From Vicugna vicugna (lineage: Eukaryota): a DNA stretch of 64,000 bases. Location of the stretch: positions 1,010,584 to 1,074,583 of the forward strand of contig MU058451.1 in assembly GCA_013265495.1 (NCBI GenBank), read 5' to 3'. Positions 23,561 through 36,614 of this stretch are shown here, piece after piece. The translations under genes and the position numbers were made by a program. The number at the start of each line of letters is the position of its first letter. Positions within the stretch are counted from its first letter, which is position 1. Under the pieces are notes generated by a model. That model ran no database searches. It had not been told where the DNA came from and saw nothing but the letters and a program-made list of their open reading frames with translations.

Positions 23561-26500
23561 CCTAACCTTATTGGTTTAAATGCAACAATTGAAGGAGCAC
23601 TGCTCTCTCTGACTCAACCTTGCTGCACAGGAAAAATTTATTATGTAAATGAACGCGCCCCATGCTATCTGAATAAACAGCTGTGTGAGAATCACTTCTC
23701 CGAGACACTGTCAACACAGAGCTCTGCTGCAGCAGCTACCAATTACGAGCTTCGGGAGTAGTTACACGTTATCTTTCATACTTTTCCAAAACTTTTTTTT
23801 TTTCCCCAGGCCCTGAAACTTGGGGAACCGATACTTCTCAAAAACTGTTTTCCTGAACGTAACAACTAACAGGTCTGGGGAAAATAAAAAATAGGATAGC
23901 CATTTCCCTATTAAGTAAGTAAAGGGAGCGAAAAAGCAAACGTGTAAGCTATTATCAGTTTAACAATGAAAGCCTGACTGTTAAATCTGCGAGGATCTCC
24001 AGAATGGCAAATTTTACATGAACAAGTTTTTTTGGATATGAACCAGGTAGCATTTCACCGTTGATATTTTAAAATGATTTTGGGGGAAAGGATTTATTTT
24101 ATCTAGGACCCTTTCTTTACAGTCTGTTCTTTTAAAAACATTCTAACTAAACTCAGAATCTATGCATAATAATCTATAACACCTAGAGAGTCGAGCTCTT
24201 CCGATTATGAGTAAATTACAGCTTCAGTTTAAGATATTTACTTACTATCATGTTTTAGGCAAATAAAGGACTTCAGTTATTAGATCAATGACTTAACCAT
24301 TATATTCATTTCAAATATTTAAAGAAGGCATCACTTACATGCCTAATTATCATATTTATATTCACCAGCCCTATACCATAGTTCAAATACAAATGTTTAT
24401 TTTTGGTGCTATTCACTCATCATAACCAAATTTGTACTCTCAAAATAGAACCTTTATACACACTGGATTTTTCCTTAAAACTGTTTCATTATTAACAATG
24501 ATACTATTTTATGTATCTGGTCTTTTTATTTGTAGAAATAAGCATCTTTTTCGTTAAGGGTCTTGGCTTGGTATGAGAAAAGGGTTTTAAAGTCACAGTA
24601 ACTTCTTAAACGACTTTATAATACATTTTCAGATCATCAACTTATAAAGATAGACACAGTCTTGCCTTTACTTTGCTAATTTGTAAATGAAAGCACCATT
24701 CCAAGGTAAACAGAACAAGAAGGTTCTAATGACCAAAATTCAATATGGACTTCACCCCACCTCCCCTAGAAAGGATGCTAATCTAAATTCCTCAGAAGAG
24801 AACACTTTGTCAAACCTAAGAGACAGCTTAAACTGCAAACTCACCTTGGATTTCATTTTGTCTGGTACTGGCAAGGAATCAAGGGCCAGGCATCTACCAT
24901 ATTTGGGAAGCCAGGTCAAAAATCAGTTGATTGCTATTGGATCTGTTCATACATGCAGCCGAAATAGAACTAGGTTACCACCTACCCCACTTTCTCAGAC
25001 CAGAAGTTATCGGTTATTCAATACACTAAGGGATATCTGCAGAAAATAAAATACAGCACATAATGGAGGTCTCTAGTGCTGTGAGACAAAATGTAATGAT
25101 ACATTGTGATATCAAACACTCACACAGTAACTGCTTTTGCTATCATATTTATTTTTAAGCTCTATAAAATATAAAATTTGAGCTGTTGGTTGAAGAATTC
25201 AACCCTGTTTGAAACTTTCCATTAAGGCATTGTGCCCAGGCTTCCCATAGTTTAAAAATTATTTCAGATATAAAAAGGCAAAATGTTATTTTTCTGATCC
25301 ATGAAAGATGATATTGGCAAATCCAGAAGGCACAAACTGGATGACGTCAACACAGTAGGAATATCGTGTAAAGTACCTGACTTTTGTATATCATTGCCTA
25401 CATTATAATCAAATTTATCATGTTATATTGGTTTTTATATTGAAATTTAATTATTTTTATTTATATAACCAAACCGTAACCATTAAAGGCATGATGCATG
25501 TAATAATGAAGAAAATGATGAAAAGCACGCTGAATGTAATGTGAGCACTAATTGATATGACATAGGTCATGCTGCATCGTTATGTAACTAAGAGCTTAGT
25601 CATTGGCTAAAAGGAATATCCCACTACATGTATCCCACTTCTAAATGCTTTCCTTTTCCTGCAGCAAAATTAGATGGCTTAAAAACAATCACATGCTTAT
25701 CCACAAATTTTGTCTAGTTACTACTTCTGAATATCAAATATGTACTAGATATCATGCAACTTACACCAAAATAAGTTATCTTCTGATGAACAGCTAAGAC
25801 ATAAGCCATTACTAAGAAGACCCAGTTTCTAGTGTAATTCACTAACCAGAATAACATAACTTAACTATATCCTTTAAGGACCAAGGTGCTCCCCAAATAA
25901 AGTCAGACACAAAACAACAGAAATTAGGAAAATGTGCTGCAAATTTGCCATTAGTAAAGGCAAGTCATAATAGAAAACATTACTATCTGATATTTCCTGG
26001 AAAATTTTCAACACATAGACATATGAATAGGAATTTAAAAAAATTCTAACATGCCTTTTCCCCACTAAAGCAAAAAATTAATGTCATCTGGTAAAGGAAA
26101 ACACTTGGAATAGTCAATTGTAACAAAATGTCGACATACCCTCAAAAGGACACTTTCCTTCATAAACCTCCAAACAAGTTTTATCATACAGAGTAAGCTG
26201 GCCAGATATGTGTCTGGTTATATAGAAGCCTGCAATTTTGATAGAAGTTGTTAGTGCTGTTCAATTAACAGAGAAGTTTAAATAAAAGCATGATTTCAAA
26301 AATAAACAAACATGCCTAATTAAAAAAGAAAAAGAGAGAAAGGTAGATAGAAGGGACCCATTAGAACAATCTACAAGGTTAAATCAGAACTTTTCCAAAA
26401 TGACATGAATCAACAGTTGATTAACCCAATTCAATATAACAAACACTGAGAAAGCAAAGGATAAAACACGTGTCCCTTTCCCGTTTTCCATTCCAGTAAC

Positions 26501-29500
26501 AATAATACAATTCTTGAGTAGTCGTGAAGTTTCCAATAAAAGATAGGCTTAGAAATTTTTCTCTTCTATTTGTGTTTACCTTTAAATCATTTTAGAATTA
26601 AGCATGCATGCTTTACCTGGTCCAGTGTAAACCATCTCTTATCTCTCTGTTTCTACCACTCTTTAGGAAGATTATAACTTAAGAATAATGGCATAGTAAG
26701 TTCCAAAATATACTTAGCACTTAAGGACCAATGCTTTTCCTTTGAAAGCAAAATCCTAGTTATTATTTCTTCCATATTCTTAAAATCCATACTGTCTGGA
26801 AATAGTCAACATTTTGCGATTTAAACTGTTCAAAGTAGAACAGCAAATGGAATATTTCAAAATATTGTACTTCTAGTGCTTCTGCTTCCAGATAACTCTC
26901 GTCACGGTCCATGCCATGGCTTGACATTGCTGGCTCTGTCCTGGACCCTTTGGAACAGTGTCTGGATGGTTAATATTACGATCCTTGCTGGCATCTGGAG
27001 TGGTCACTTCCATGACCTACTCTTTCCCCACTGGCACGAGACCTGCAATGAGGGCCCTGCTCCCAGTAGCCTTCTGCTGAAACACAACCAAGGAAAACAT
27101 CCTCTATTTATTTTAAGAATGATATTAAATTCCGCCAAACTGAATGTCTACCAGTGTTTTGCTAACTGTTTTCCAAACTCCAACATGAATAGTAGTTAAC
27201 AGTACATTTAAGGAGGCAATTATTAACTATTCACTATACCATGGAAAATTCTTTTAATAAAAATGAGAGTCTTTATACCAACACAATATGGGCAATATAA
27301 CCTACTTCCTGTGCCCCTAATAAGCACATTGGTTATTACACATGACTAATAACCATTTCTTTACATAGGGTGGGAAACTTGTTATCATATGGAGAAATAA
27401 CTGCCTATAGGATGTTTTCTTTTAATTGTTATTCTTAATAGAAAGTTTGAACAGCACTTCTTGAAACTAATAATGAAACGAGGGCAGTGGCAGATTTTTA
27501 AGAAGAGGGAATGGGATGATAGAGGTCCTTAACCTGAGAAAAATATGACAAATCAGGTTTTCTATTTTAAAATCAATTGTTTTTCCAAAATGGCAAACAG
27601 AGTTACTTTTTCTTTCTTCTGCCAAAGATATGTAAATAATTGGTCGTGGGAACATATGCTTATTCTGAGCAATAAGCTAGTTTGCTTTCTCACACTATAA
27701 AATGGATTTCTGATGACATGAAGCCACCTAGAAACCCCAGATTATCTCTTCAATCTTTTTGTCCCTAAGCCATGGGCAAAACCAATCTTGTCAGCACCTC
27801 CCAATACCTTTAAGAGGATCTGGAAATTTGCCTTGTGTTTTCCAGGTTTCAGGACAGCTGAGTTTACAGTTTTTAAATTCTTCAGAAATGATGACTATGT
27901 CATGGAAGAAGGAAGAGAATGAGCATTTATTGTGTGCTTCCTATGGGCTAGGCACTGTGCTAGGCACTTCATATACAATCTTCATTCATTTTAACAAATA
28001 ATGTAATAGCTTATCTATATGAATCCTATTTTCTTTTAATATGCTTTTCCCCTCACTACCTCTTTGTTCTGGAATCTGCCTTCTTTAGCACCATCAAAAT
28101 TACCACTAAACAGTCGATGGAGCACTGGGACATCACAGTGTCCTGCTCATATCATCATTTTGGAGCAAGGTGACCCCTAGTAAAGCAAATAAGTCCAGAG
28201 AGGTGTGTGACATATTGAAATGATATATATTGGAATGGTATATTCAATATAGAATAGACATCCCCACTCTACAATGTCTGATTATTTACAAACACATATT
28301 GCAAGTTACTTTGCTGGTTCAGAAATCAAAGTACATACATTAAATGGTCAATAGAGGAAAAATGTGATGAATCCTTAAACTTGAAATGATCAAGTCAGGA
28401 GATGTATTTTTTTCTCATTATTTATCAGAAAAGGTGGATTATGTCCCTAAAGTAGAATTATAAATATCCCCAACTTTTTCTTTATAATAAAAAGAGCAGC
28501 TAAGGGTCTGAGTTTATAACAAGCAACTGTATGGACAGCTCTATCAACTTCTTCCCTTTTGTATTCCTTAATTTCATTTATCCAGTGTGATATTGCTTTG
28601 ATCTCAATAGCTCTTACAGCATAAACACTTGATTTGTTCACCAAGGAAATAACTGCATACAGCACGCACTCCAAGTCTCCTTACGTATTTGGAGGTATAA
28701 TTTTAAGTACTCGAAATCAAGAGGCTCTATTATTGTTAACAAAGGAATTGCCAGGAAGGGGACAAATGAAAAACCCAAACTGAATAAACTATAGAAATTT
28801 TTTCTTCCTTCAAACAGCATTAACTCCCCCCCCCCACCCCAGTCTCCCAAATCGGGGGGGAAAAAAAAAAGAGTAACCTCTAAAGCTGTTTTAGACAGAA
28901 GGTCAGAATTCAAAGGATCAGTAACTTAATCCACAGTGCGCTGCAATCACATTGCTATTGGAAACACAGCCAGAAGCACCATTATTCTAGATGTTTTCAT
29001 TCAGCAATGTCAATAGGTATACAACCTGGACGTTTCTCTCTACTGTAAAGGTTCAGGCTTACAGGCGATCAAGTTGCCTAGGGGTTTTGAGTTTTTCTTT
29101 AGAATTGCTGTAGAGTAAGGAAAAAAAAACAGAGCCTGCTTTACGTACTAAGGGAAACAAGAGCTTCAGTTGGTTCGAATACGGAGAGTACCTTTTTATG
29201 GCCGAACTGTAAATAACACTTCAAGTCTTTTAGTCTTTAGATGCTCATAATTAATACGATTGCTTATTTGAGGTGGCTTGACATTTGGAGTATTAGACTG
29301 ATTCTTTATATTTGTAGTTCATACTCTTTCAAAGGGGAAGTCTGGAAGCATCCCCTGCTTCTGTCAGGAATTCTGTTTTACTATCATCAGTGATTTGGTT
29401 TACCTGCATCACAGAGTGAAACAGAGTCAAGGATCTGGGCTTTCCTGAACTCCTGTATTTTAAATGCGTATGATTCTTAAAAACAGTTGGTAGGGAGCTG

Positions 29501-31578
29501 TTGGTAGGGAGTTATAGGCTGGTGGCTTGTTTTCTTTAATCAATATGAGGGAAAACAAATAGTTTACCAAGAGGTCAGCCAGCCAGGAGAGGAGACCTCT
29601 ACCACGCAGTTACCATCCACAGCCTCTGCTGAAAGATTCGCAAACCCCCGTGAGCTCTGGCCTCCTGGAAGAGCTGTTCACTTTCCTCCCTGTCCTTGCC
29701 TGAGAGGACAGATCCTCCTCACCAGCAGGAAGTGGCTGGAGAGGGCCACGGAGGAGGTGAAGGAGGGCCAGGACACAAACAAAGTGGGAGAGAAAGGAGG
29801 AAGTTATTCAAGACGATAATCAGAAAGCCAGCTCAATCCGAGGCCTTTTTAAAAGAATAAATGTCGTGACTTAGACATTCTAAAGGGAAGAAAAAATGGT
29901 TTTAGATGTGCAGACTTTATGTGTTTTAAATTTACAGCCCTGTTACTAGGGCACCCATCACTTTAGGGAGGCACTGCACTTGATAAATTTTTAAAAAAAT
30001 TTTAAAAGAACGACCTAACTTTCTGCAAATAAATGAATTCATGATTAATTACTTAAGATTATTTAAAAGGAGGATCTACTTCTCTAAGCTTTCTTGTTTA
30101 CAGTCTCCCCGAATCATGCCTATTACCAACCAATGAAAGACACGTATTTGAAAAAAGATATTTTAAATGAGATATTTATGAAGCAGCGTATGATAACCTT
30201 GATCTTCTTCCCCTATATTTTTATACTTTTGGATCTCATGTCTATCACTAGTCAAGGTTTCAGTGCTGTCCTTTTCCTTAAATGTGTAGAATTATTAAAA
30301 ATTTATCTGCATTTAAGAGTGTACTACTCACCGGACTAAAGCAAATGCATGAGAGATTCAAGTTCTCATTCTGGCTTCGGCATGGGTTTTTTCTGTGCCC
30401 TTTTTTTTATTAGATTACTTATACTCTCAATTTATAATCTGTAAAGAGGCTAAACCATCAAATGGATTCAGGAAACTCATACACATTTCCAAAACAGCAT
30501 GGGGATAGAAATGTTTACTGCGATGTGAAAGCTCTTATGGATAGTAAAAGAGCACCAGCTGAATTTCAAATCAGTTTAATTAAACAAGTGTAGAATGGGT
30601 GGGCATGTGAGTTTCCAGTTTTAGCACAGCTTGGTACACATCTCAGGTACTCAGTAAGTGTTGTTTAAGTTCATTAGTACATGCGCACTCGGCTACTTGA
30701 TGGAACATGGCCAGGGTAGGTGAAAGAAAAATGATTTCTCTGAATTTCCTTTGCTTCTACATCTTCCTTTATTTTCCTTATATGTTGTTATATTTGCCTG
30801 TCACTGGAAACTACAGTTGGACTGAGTAGGGCGTCATCTTCATAAGGGAGTTAATTTCATTCTCACATGCAAAACGTACTTGAATTACTCTGTGGCGCAA
30901 AATTGAGCCATTGAAAATGTGCCAGAAATTTGCCATCCTAACGTAAAGGATGGCAAATTTAACCAAAACTGTAACCAAACTCTAAGGAAATTAAGAAATC
31001 AGAAGAGACCAGAAATCACTGTATTCACCTGGTATATGTGTTGGGGTAGGACAGGAAAATGGAATAAAAAGTTAAGACTCAGTTTCAAAAACGCTCCCAT
31101 ACATTGTATTTTAGCTATGCCCATTATATTCCTCCTGATGTGCTCTGTTACTACATCAGTTTATAGTTTATCAAAAAAAAAATCCAGAAAAAATAATTTT
31201 AAAAAAATTTTAAGGAGACGCAAAGGAGAGAAAGTATCTTTAAAGAAACCCTACGTCTTCTGCCTTTAAGAAATACCTCTTTGTGGACATATCCACAATG
31301 CTGTCATTTAAAAATTGTGCAGCTTTTAGGCTATTCAGAAATCTAACTAACCAAGCTAGTCAGCCAGCTAGTCATCCAGCAAATGCATCTAGCATGTGCC
31401 ACGTACTGCAGGCACTAGAGGATGAAGCAGCCAGACAGACAGAATTCCCACTTGTCATGTAGGCATAAAAGAGAGTAAATAAATCAAAAGGTGGCCAACT
31501 GGATAAAAGTACTTATTTTTTGCTTTCTCTACAAACCTCACCAGAGCAACAACAGTAAATATATTTTTTAAAAGCATA

Positions 31579-31770
31579 TAGTTTCCTGGGTTATACAGTA
31601 GGCCCTTGTTGTTTATATTTTTATATATAGCAGTGTATGTATTTAATAACCTATAATGGAAAAGAACCTGAAAAAGAATACATATATATGTATATGTGTA
31701 ACTGAATCACTATGCTGTACACCTGAAACTACCACAACATTATAAATCAACTATACATCAATAAAAAAAA
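31579..31770 (+). mobile_element. Short L1 3' end with inverted 5' segment (twin-primed insertion)
   Basis: 31579-~31643 is the reverse complement of L1 3' UTR (aaacaacaagggcctactgtataacccaggaaacta). ~31644-31770 is the next part in sense orientation, ending in aataaaaaaaa. TSD tttt(a)aaagcata on both sides. Confidence 0.85.
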
Positions 31771-31782
31771 TTTTAAAGCATA

Positions 31783-33480
31783 AATCCCAAAGAACAAAGA
31801 AGGCAGGTAATAAGAAAACAGAAACAAATTTTAGAAGTGAAAAAACAGTCAGACCACTCGTAACTGACTTAGCAGATCTGAAAAAGCTGAACCTAGTGTG
31901 AAAATAAACTGAAAAGCAACCCAGTTTACCCCCTACATCTCAGAAATTGGTAGAAGCAGGGACTTCTGGAAGTGGAAGTAAAAGGAAGACTAGAAAGAGA
32001 AGGAGGATAAGGTGTAAGTCAAGAAGTGGTTAGATTCCCGTTGCTACTCAGAGAGTAAGATAAGTAGACTCAGGACTGAAAGAGAAAGCTCTGGAATGCA
32101 TTGAGGAAAGGGGCGCCAGGTGGGCTCTGTTGGGGTCTGTTTACTGAATGTCGAATGCTGGGACACAAGGAATTCTGGCACAAGTGCTCCCCCTTCACTC
32201 CACCAAACATTTTCCTCAGTAGGATTCCTAGAACAGTGGCAGCTGGACCTAGGTTATCCGGGCGGAGCCTAAAAGGGCTAACCATCCCACGAGGAAAGAC
32301 TTAAGACACTTATACCTGGCGGTCCACCAAGGAGAGGACTCAGCCTGATTGCCCTGCAGTAGAAAACACAGTCTATAAGTCCTTAAACATTAATCAATTT
32401 TAGGATGTCCCACTTACATCTGAGCCAATAGTCATGGATTACTTACGTCTGAGGAAAGCCTCTATCAAAAATGTAGAAATCAAATGAACAGAGAAAAGCA
32501 GGAAACAGAGATATTGCAAAAGCAAAAAAATAAAAACAAACTCTGACTAACATCCTCCAAGAAATAAGATACTGCAGCCATGAAACAAGACAGGAAAATA
32601 ATAACAAAGCTAATTTTTTTTTAAAAAAAGAAGAACATCCAACAACAAAAAAGAGCCCTTAGGAATAAAAAGTAGGATAACAGAAATGTGAAATTCAGTG
32701 AGGTTTGGAAAATAAAACTGAGGAAGTTTCCCAGAGAATAGAGCAAAAGAGATGGGAAATAGGACAGAAGAACAGAAAATGTAAGAAAATGCAGAGCTGT
32801 AGGAAAATCTGGTGGTCCAACATCCAAATAACTGGAGTTTCAGAAAGCGAGCAGAGAAAATGAAGGGTAACATTTAAATAAATAATTGTAAAATATTTCC
32901 TAGGACATGTGTTTTCAGATTGAAAGAGCTCAATGTATATCCAACAATGTATATCCGACAAAGTGAGTGGGAAAAAACCCCACCCCAATGGACATTGTTG
33001 AGAAATTTCAAAACGCTTGGAAAGGGGGTAGCCCCTACAAGCTTCCAGAGAGAAAAAATGGATTGCATACAAAGCATGGGTCACGACTTCAGACTTCTAA
33101 ATTGGAACATCTGTTTCCAGGAGGTAATAGAGCAATGCCTTCAAATTCCTTAAGGAAAAATAATTCTCAACCTAGAGTTTTGTATGCTAACATACTTTAT
33201 AACAAGTAGGAAAATTGAAGATATTTAAAATAAGGCTATTAGTCAAAATATCAGGTCTCAAAAATTTATTTTCTGAACATCCTTTCTCAGAAAGCTAATA
33301 GAGGATACATTCCACTGAAATTTGGGAACAAGTCTCCTTTATGAAATAAGTAAATAAAATAGGAGAGAGAAGACTCTGATCCCTGGTGTTGATGGTTAAG
33401 GGAAGTTCTAGGATGGCTCTGCGCCAGGCAGTCCAGATTGGAGAAGGTCAAGAGGCACCAGGAAAGTTTTCATCAAGATG
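31783..33480 (+). mobile_element. Ancient L1-type 5' region/ORF1 remnant (HAL1 or L1M-like), probably starting ~31490 and interrupted by the young L1
   Basis: ORF1-like decayed sequence: gaggaagtttcccagagaatagagcaaaagaga...tccaacatccaaataactggagtttcagaaag...gagcaatgccttcaaattccttaaggaaaaataattctcaacctagag. Confidence 0.65.
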
Positions 33481-33779
33481 AAAAAAATGACAGAGCAGTT
33501 GGTACACCCGAATATAGGGAAAGGAGATGTGAACTATAGGGGAGAGGATGAAATTGACTTATTAAAAGGAATGGTGGACTACTACATGGTGTGGCATACA
33601 TGTAAGTGGAGGGATTTTTGTAGAATTATTTGACATTTAAGGTGATGTACATATAATTTTGATTAAAATAAAAATAGAAAAATAGATATTTTCCTGCTCC
33701 TGTGTGTGTATGTGTGTGTGTGTGCACGTGTGTATTAGTTATTGACAAGCAGGAAAAAAGTTTCAGGTAAAGTTTGGTA

Positions 33780-34400
33780 GAAAAGGACATGGGGGAAGTG
33801 GCGGGTGTTAGCTATTCAAGGAAACCTGCTTGGAGGAGACGTCACTTGAGTTGAGACACAAATGATAAAAGGTAAAAAATTGGGGTGGGGAGAGAGGAAT
33901 GTGGTCCACAGAAAAGAAACAGCTAGTTAAAAGGGGACAGCTTGGCAAGTAGGAGGGAAGAAAGAAAGACCCGTGGAGGAGGGAGAAAATGAAGCACAGG
34001 ACTGGGGGCCAGGTGTGGAGCGCAGAGCACTGCAGGCCGGGTAAGGGCTGGGGTCTTATTCTAGGTGGAACAGGAAGTTACCAGAAGTGCTTTCTTGGTT
34101 GCTTGCCCTTATTTTGTTTTTGAGCAGAAAAGTGGCACGATCTGATTTCCGCATATGAGACCACTCTGGCTGCTGCATTCAGGATAGATAACAGGCGAAC
34201 AAGAACAGAGTCAGGGAGGCAAATTAGGGAGCTAGCGCAGCAGTAAATCCAGGTAAGGGGTGGCAATAATGTAGACTAGGTTTTCATGGGAAGAGGATGT
34301 GTAGTCAGCTTTAGGGCATATTTTGGAACCACAGCCCATAGGGCTTGGAGATTGGATGTGGGTTTGAGGCAAAGAAAGAAATTAAGAATGACTCCAGTCT
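33780..34400 (-). mobile_element. L2 LINE fragment
   Basis: gatctgatttccgcatatgagaccactctggctgctgcat...ggagattggatgtggg...aattaagaatgactcc. Confidence 0.7.
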
Positions 34401-34789
34401 CTCCACACGAACAATAAACACCACTGATTTGACTTTCATCTCCATTCAGGTCTTCTTTCTGCTTTCTTGCTCATACAATAACATGACATAAACACAAAGA
34501 GCCTGAATAATTAGAATCTAAATAGTTGAAAGTTAACTGAAAGCCTTTTCATGACTATCTAGTCAAACTATCTGACACGCCCCCTCGTCCGCACCCCTGT
34601 CCTCGCTCCTCACCAGCCTTCTGTCTGTCACCCTGGATACCATGCTCACTCCTGTGTCTATATTATATTTCTTTATGTTTCCCCATACACACCAGCCTGA
34701 CATAATAACGTCTTTACTCCTCTTCTCTGCTGGCTTCCCTCTCATCATGGTCGGCTCTTACTTTGGTAGCCCCCATTGAACTCATACCG

Positions 34790-35163
34790 CCCCCAAAAGA
34801 TTAATTCTGGGCTCGGCAGATGGGTCATTAGCAAGGACGATGCAAGCAGAGACCTGAATTGGTTTTGCACCTTGGGGCTTATCCTCTGGGAAAGCTTACT
34901 CTTTGGATCTAGCCATCACTAAGAAGCCCAAGCTAGTCATGTGGTAGAAGAGGGGTCCCAGTCTACCAGCCACCCAACCATGGTACTGGACATGAGAGTG
35001 AAGCCACATAGACATTCCAGTTCCAGCCACCATCTGACAGCAATTGGGAGAGATTCCAAGTGATTCCAGAAGAAGAGCCACCCGTCTGAGCCCAGCCAAT
35101 CCACAGCATCATGGGCAAATAAAATGATAGGACGGTTTGTAATATAGCAATAAGTAACAAAAA
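34790..35163 (+). mobile_element. MaLR solo LTR (MLT1 family)
   Basis: agaagcccaagctagtc...catgagagtgaagcca...ccagccaccatctgacagcaa...gccacccgtctgagcccagcc...ggtttgtaatatagcaataagtaac. Confidence 0.8.
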
Positions 35164-35264
35164 TACCTACATTGAAGCTACTCTTGCAAAGGTTAGTAAT
35201 CACATACGTACTGTCAAAACCAATGGACACATTTCTGTCTTTATCTTGTCTTAATTGTAACATC

Positions 35265-35560
35265 TTTTTTTTTATTATTGTGGTAAAACATACATAACAT
35301 AATATTTACCATTTTAACCATTTTAACTGTATCACTCAGTAGCATTAAGGACATTTACAATGTTGTGCAACCATCACCACCATCCACCTCCAGAATTGTT
35401 TTCATCTTCTCACACTGCAACTCGGTACCCATTAAACGCTAATTCTCAATTTCTCCCTTCCCCCAGCCCCTGGCAACCACCATTCTGCTTTCCGTTTTTA
35501 TGAATTTGAATTTTCTAAGCATCTCATATAAGTGGAATCATAAAACATTTGTCCTTTTGT
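35265..35560 (-). mobile_element. L1MA/L1MB-type 3' end
   Basis: ttattgtggtaaaacatacataacataatatttaccattttaaccatttt...tgttgtgcaaccatcaccaccatccacctccagaa...ataagtggaatcata. Confidence 0.85.
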
Positions 35561-36219
35561 GTCATAATTGTTACATCATAATTTAATCTGAATTGTAGCC
35601 TCTCACAGTGCTGCACTTTCCTTTTTGAGATTTTCTTCTCCCTGAGGTCTTGTCATACCACTCCCTTTTGGTACTTTCCCTTCATTTTTCTGATTCTTCC
35701 TTCTTGGTCTCTTCTGAGGATTGCTCTTTCTCTACTGACGCTAATTCCTCTTAAATGCCATGCTCCCTCAAGGGTTTTCTCCTGTGTGACCTCATTACCT
35801 TCTATGCTTCAATTACCACACGTGTGCAGTGATAACCAGAGCACCGTCTTTGACATTACAAAGTTAATTTTTAGAAATTTGAACTAATTCTTGATATCTT
35901 TCCTTTTCTCAGCAATATGTCTCCTCCCCAAACCCCAAAGTCTTTCTCCCATTGAGATTAGGCTTTGAAGCTAGGATGGGGATGATGGAAGATACAGTGT
36001 AAGAGAAGACCCTCTAAGACAAGAAAGGAAAGAGAGAAGCCTTCCACTTCTGGACGCTGGCTGTGAGAATAAAAAACTTAAGCAATTGGTTAAAGCTCAG
36101 TGGGCTTATGAAGAGGTGGCTGTCAGAAGGGAGACCACGCCTAAGTTACAGGCTCAGGTTTGAATCTCTTTAGGATGTGGGACTAGACCCCACCCCTCCA
36201 CCAAAAGCACTGAATGGTC

Positions 36220-36614
36220 TTAGCCATAAAAAGAATGAAATACTACCATTTGCAGCAACATAGATGGTCCTAGAGATGATCATACTAAGTGAAGTAAGTC
36301 AGACAAAGACAAATACCATATGATATCACTTATATGTGGAATCCAAAAAAAGGATACAAATGAACTTATTTACAAAACAGAAATAGACTCACAGATACAG
36401 AAAACAGATTTATGGTTACCAAAGTGGAAAGGGGAGGGAGGGATAAATTAGGAGTCTGGGATTAACAGATACACACGACTATATATAAAAGATAAACAAC
36501 AAGAACCTACCATACAGCACAGGGAACTATATTCAGTATCTTGTAATAAACTATAATGGAAAAAATCTGAAAAAGAATATATATATATGTATGTGTATAT
36601 ACATATGTAAAAAT
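36220..36614 (+). mobile_element. L1 fragment (ORF2 end + 3' UTR)
   Basis: agccataaaaagaatgaaatactaccatttgcagcaacatagatgg...ctaagtgaagtaagtcagaca...cagcacagggaactatattcagtatcttgtaataaactataatgg. Degenerate 16-bp TSD at 36204-36219 / 36615-36630. Confidence 0.9.

Noticed and set aside
23095..23761. Several overlapping ORFs at the CpG island
   Set aside because: They are expected from stop-poor GC-rich DNA, use mostly non-ATG starts, and encode no recognisable protein. Only the frame continuous with EYA1 is kept, as a finding.
28820..28870. G-quadruplex-like C/G runs
   Set aside because: Low-complexity homopolymer runs with no supporting context.
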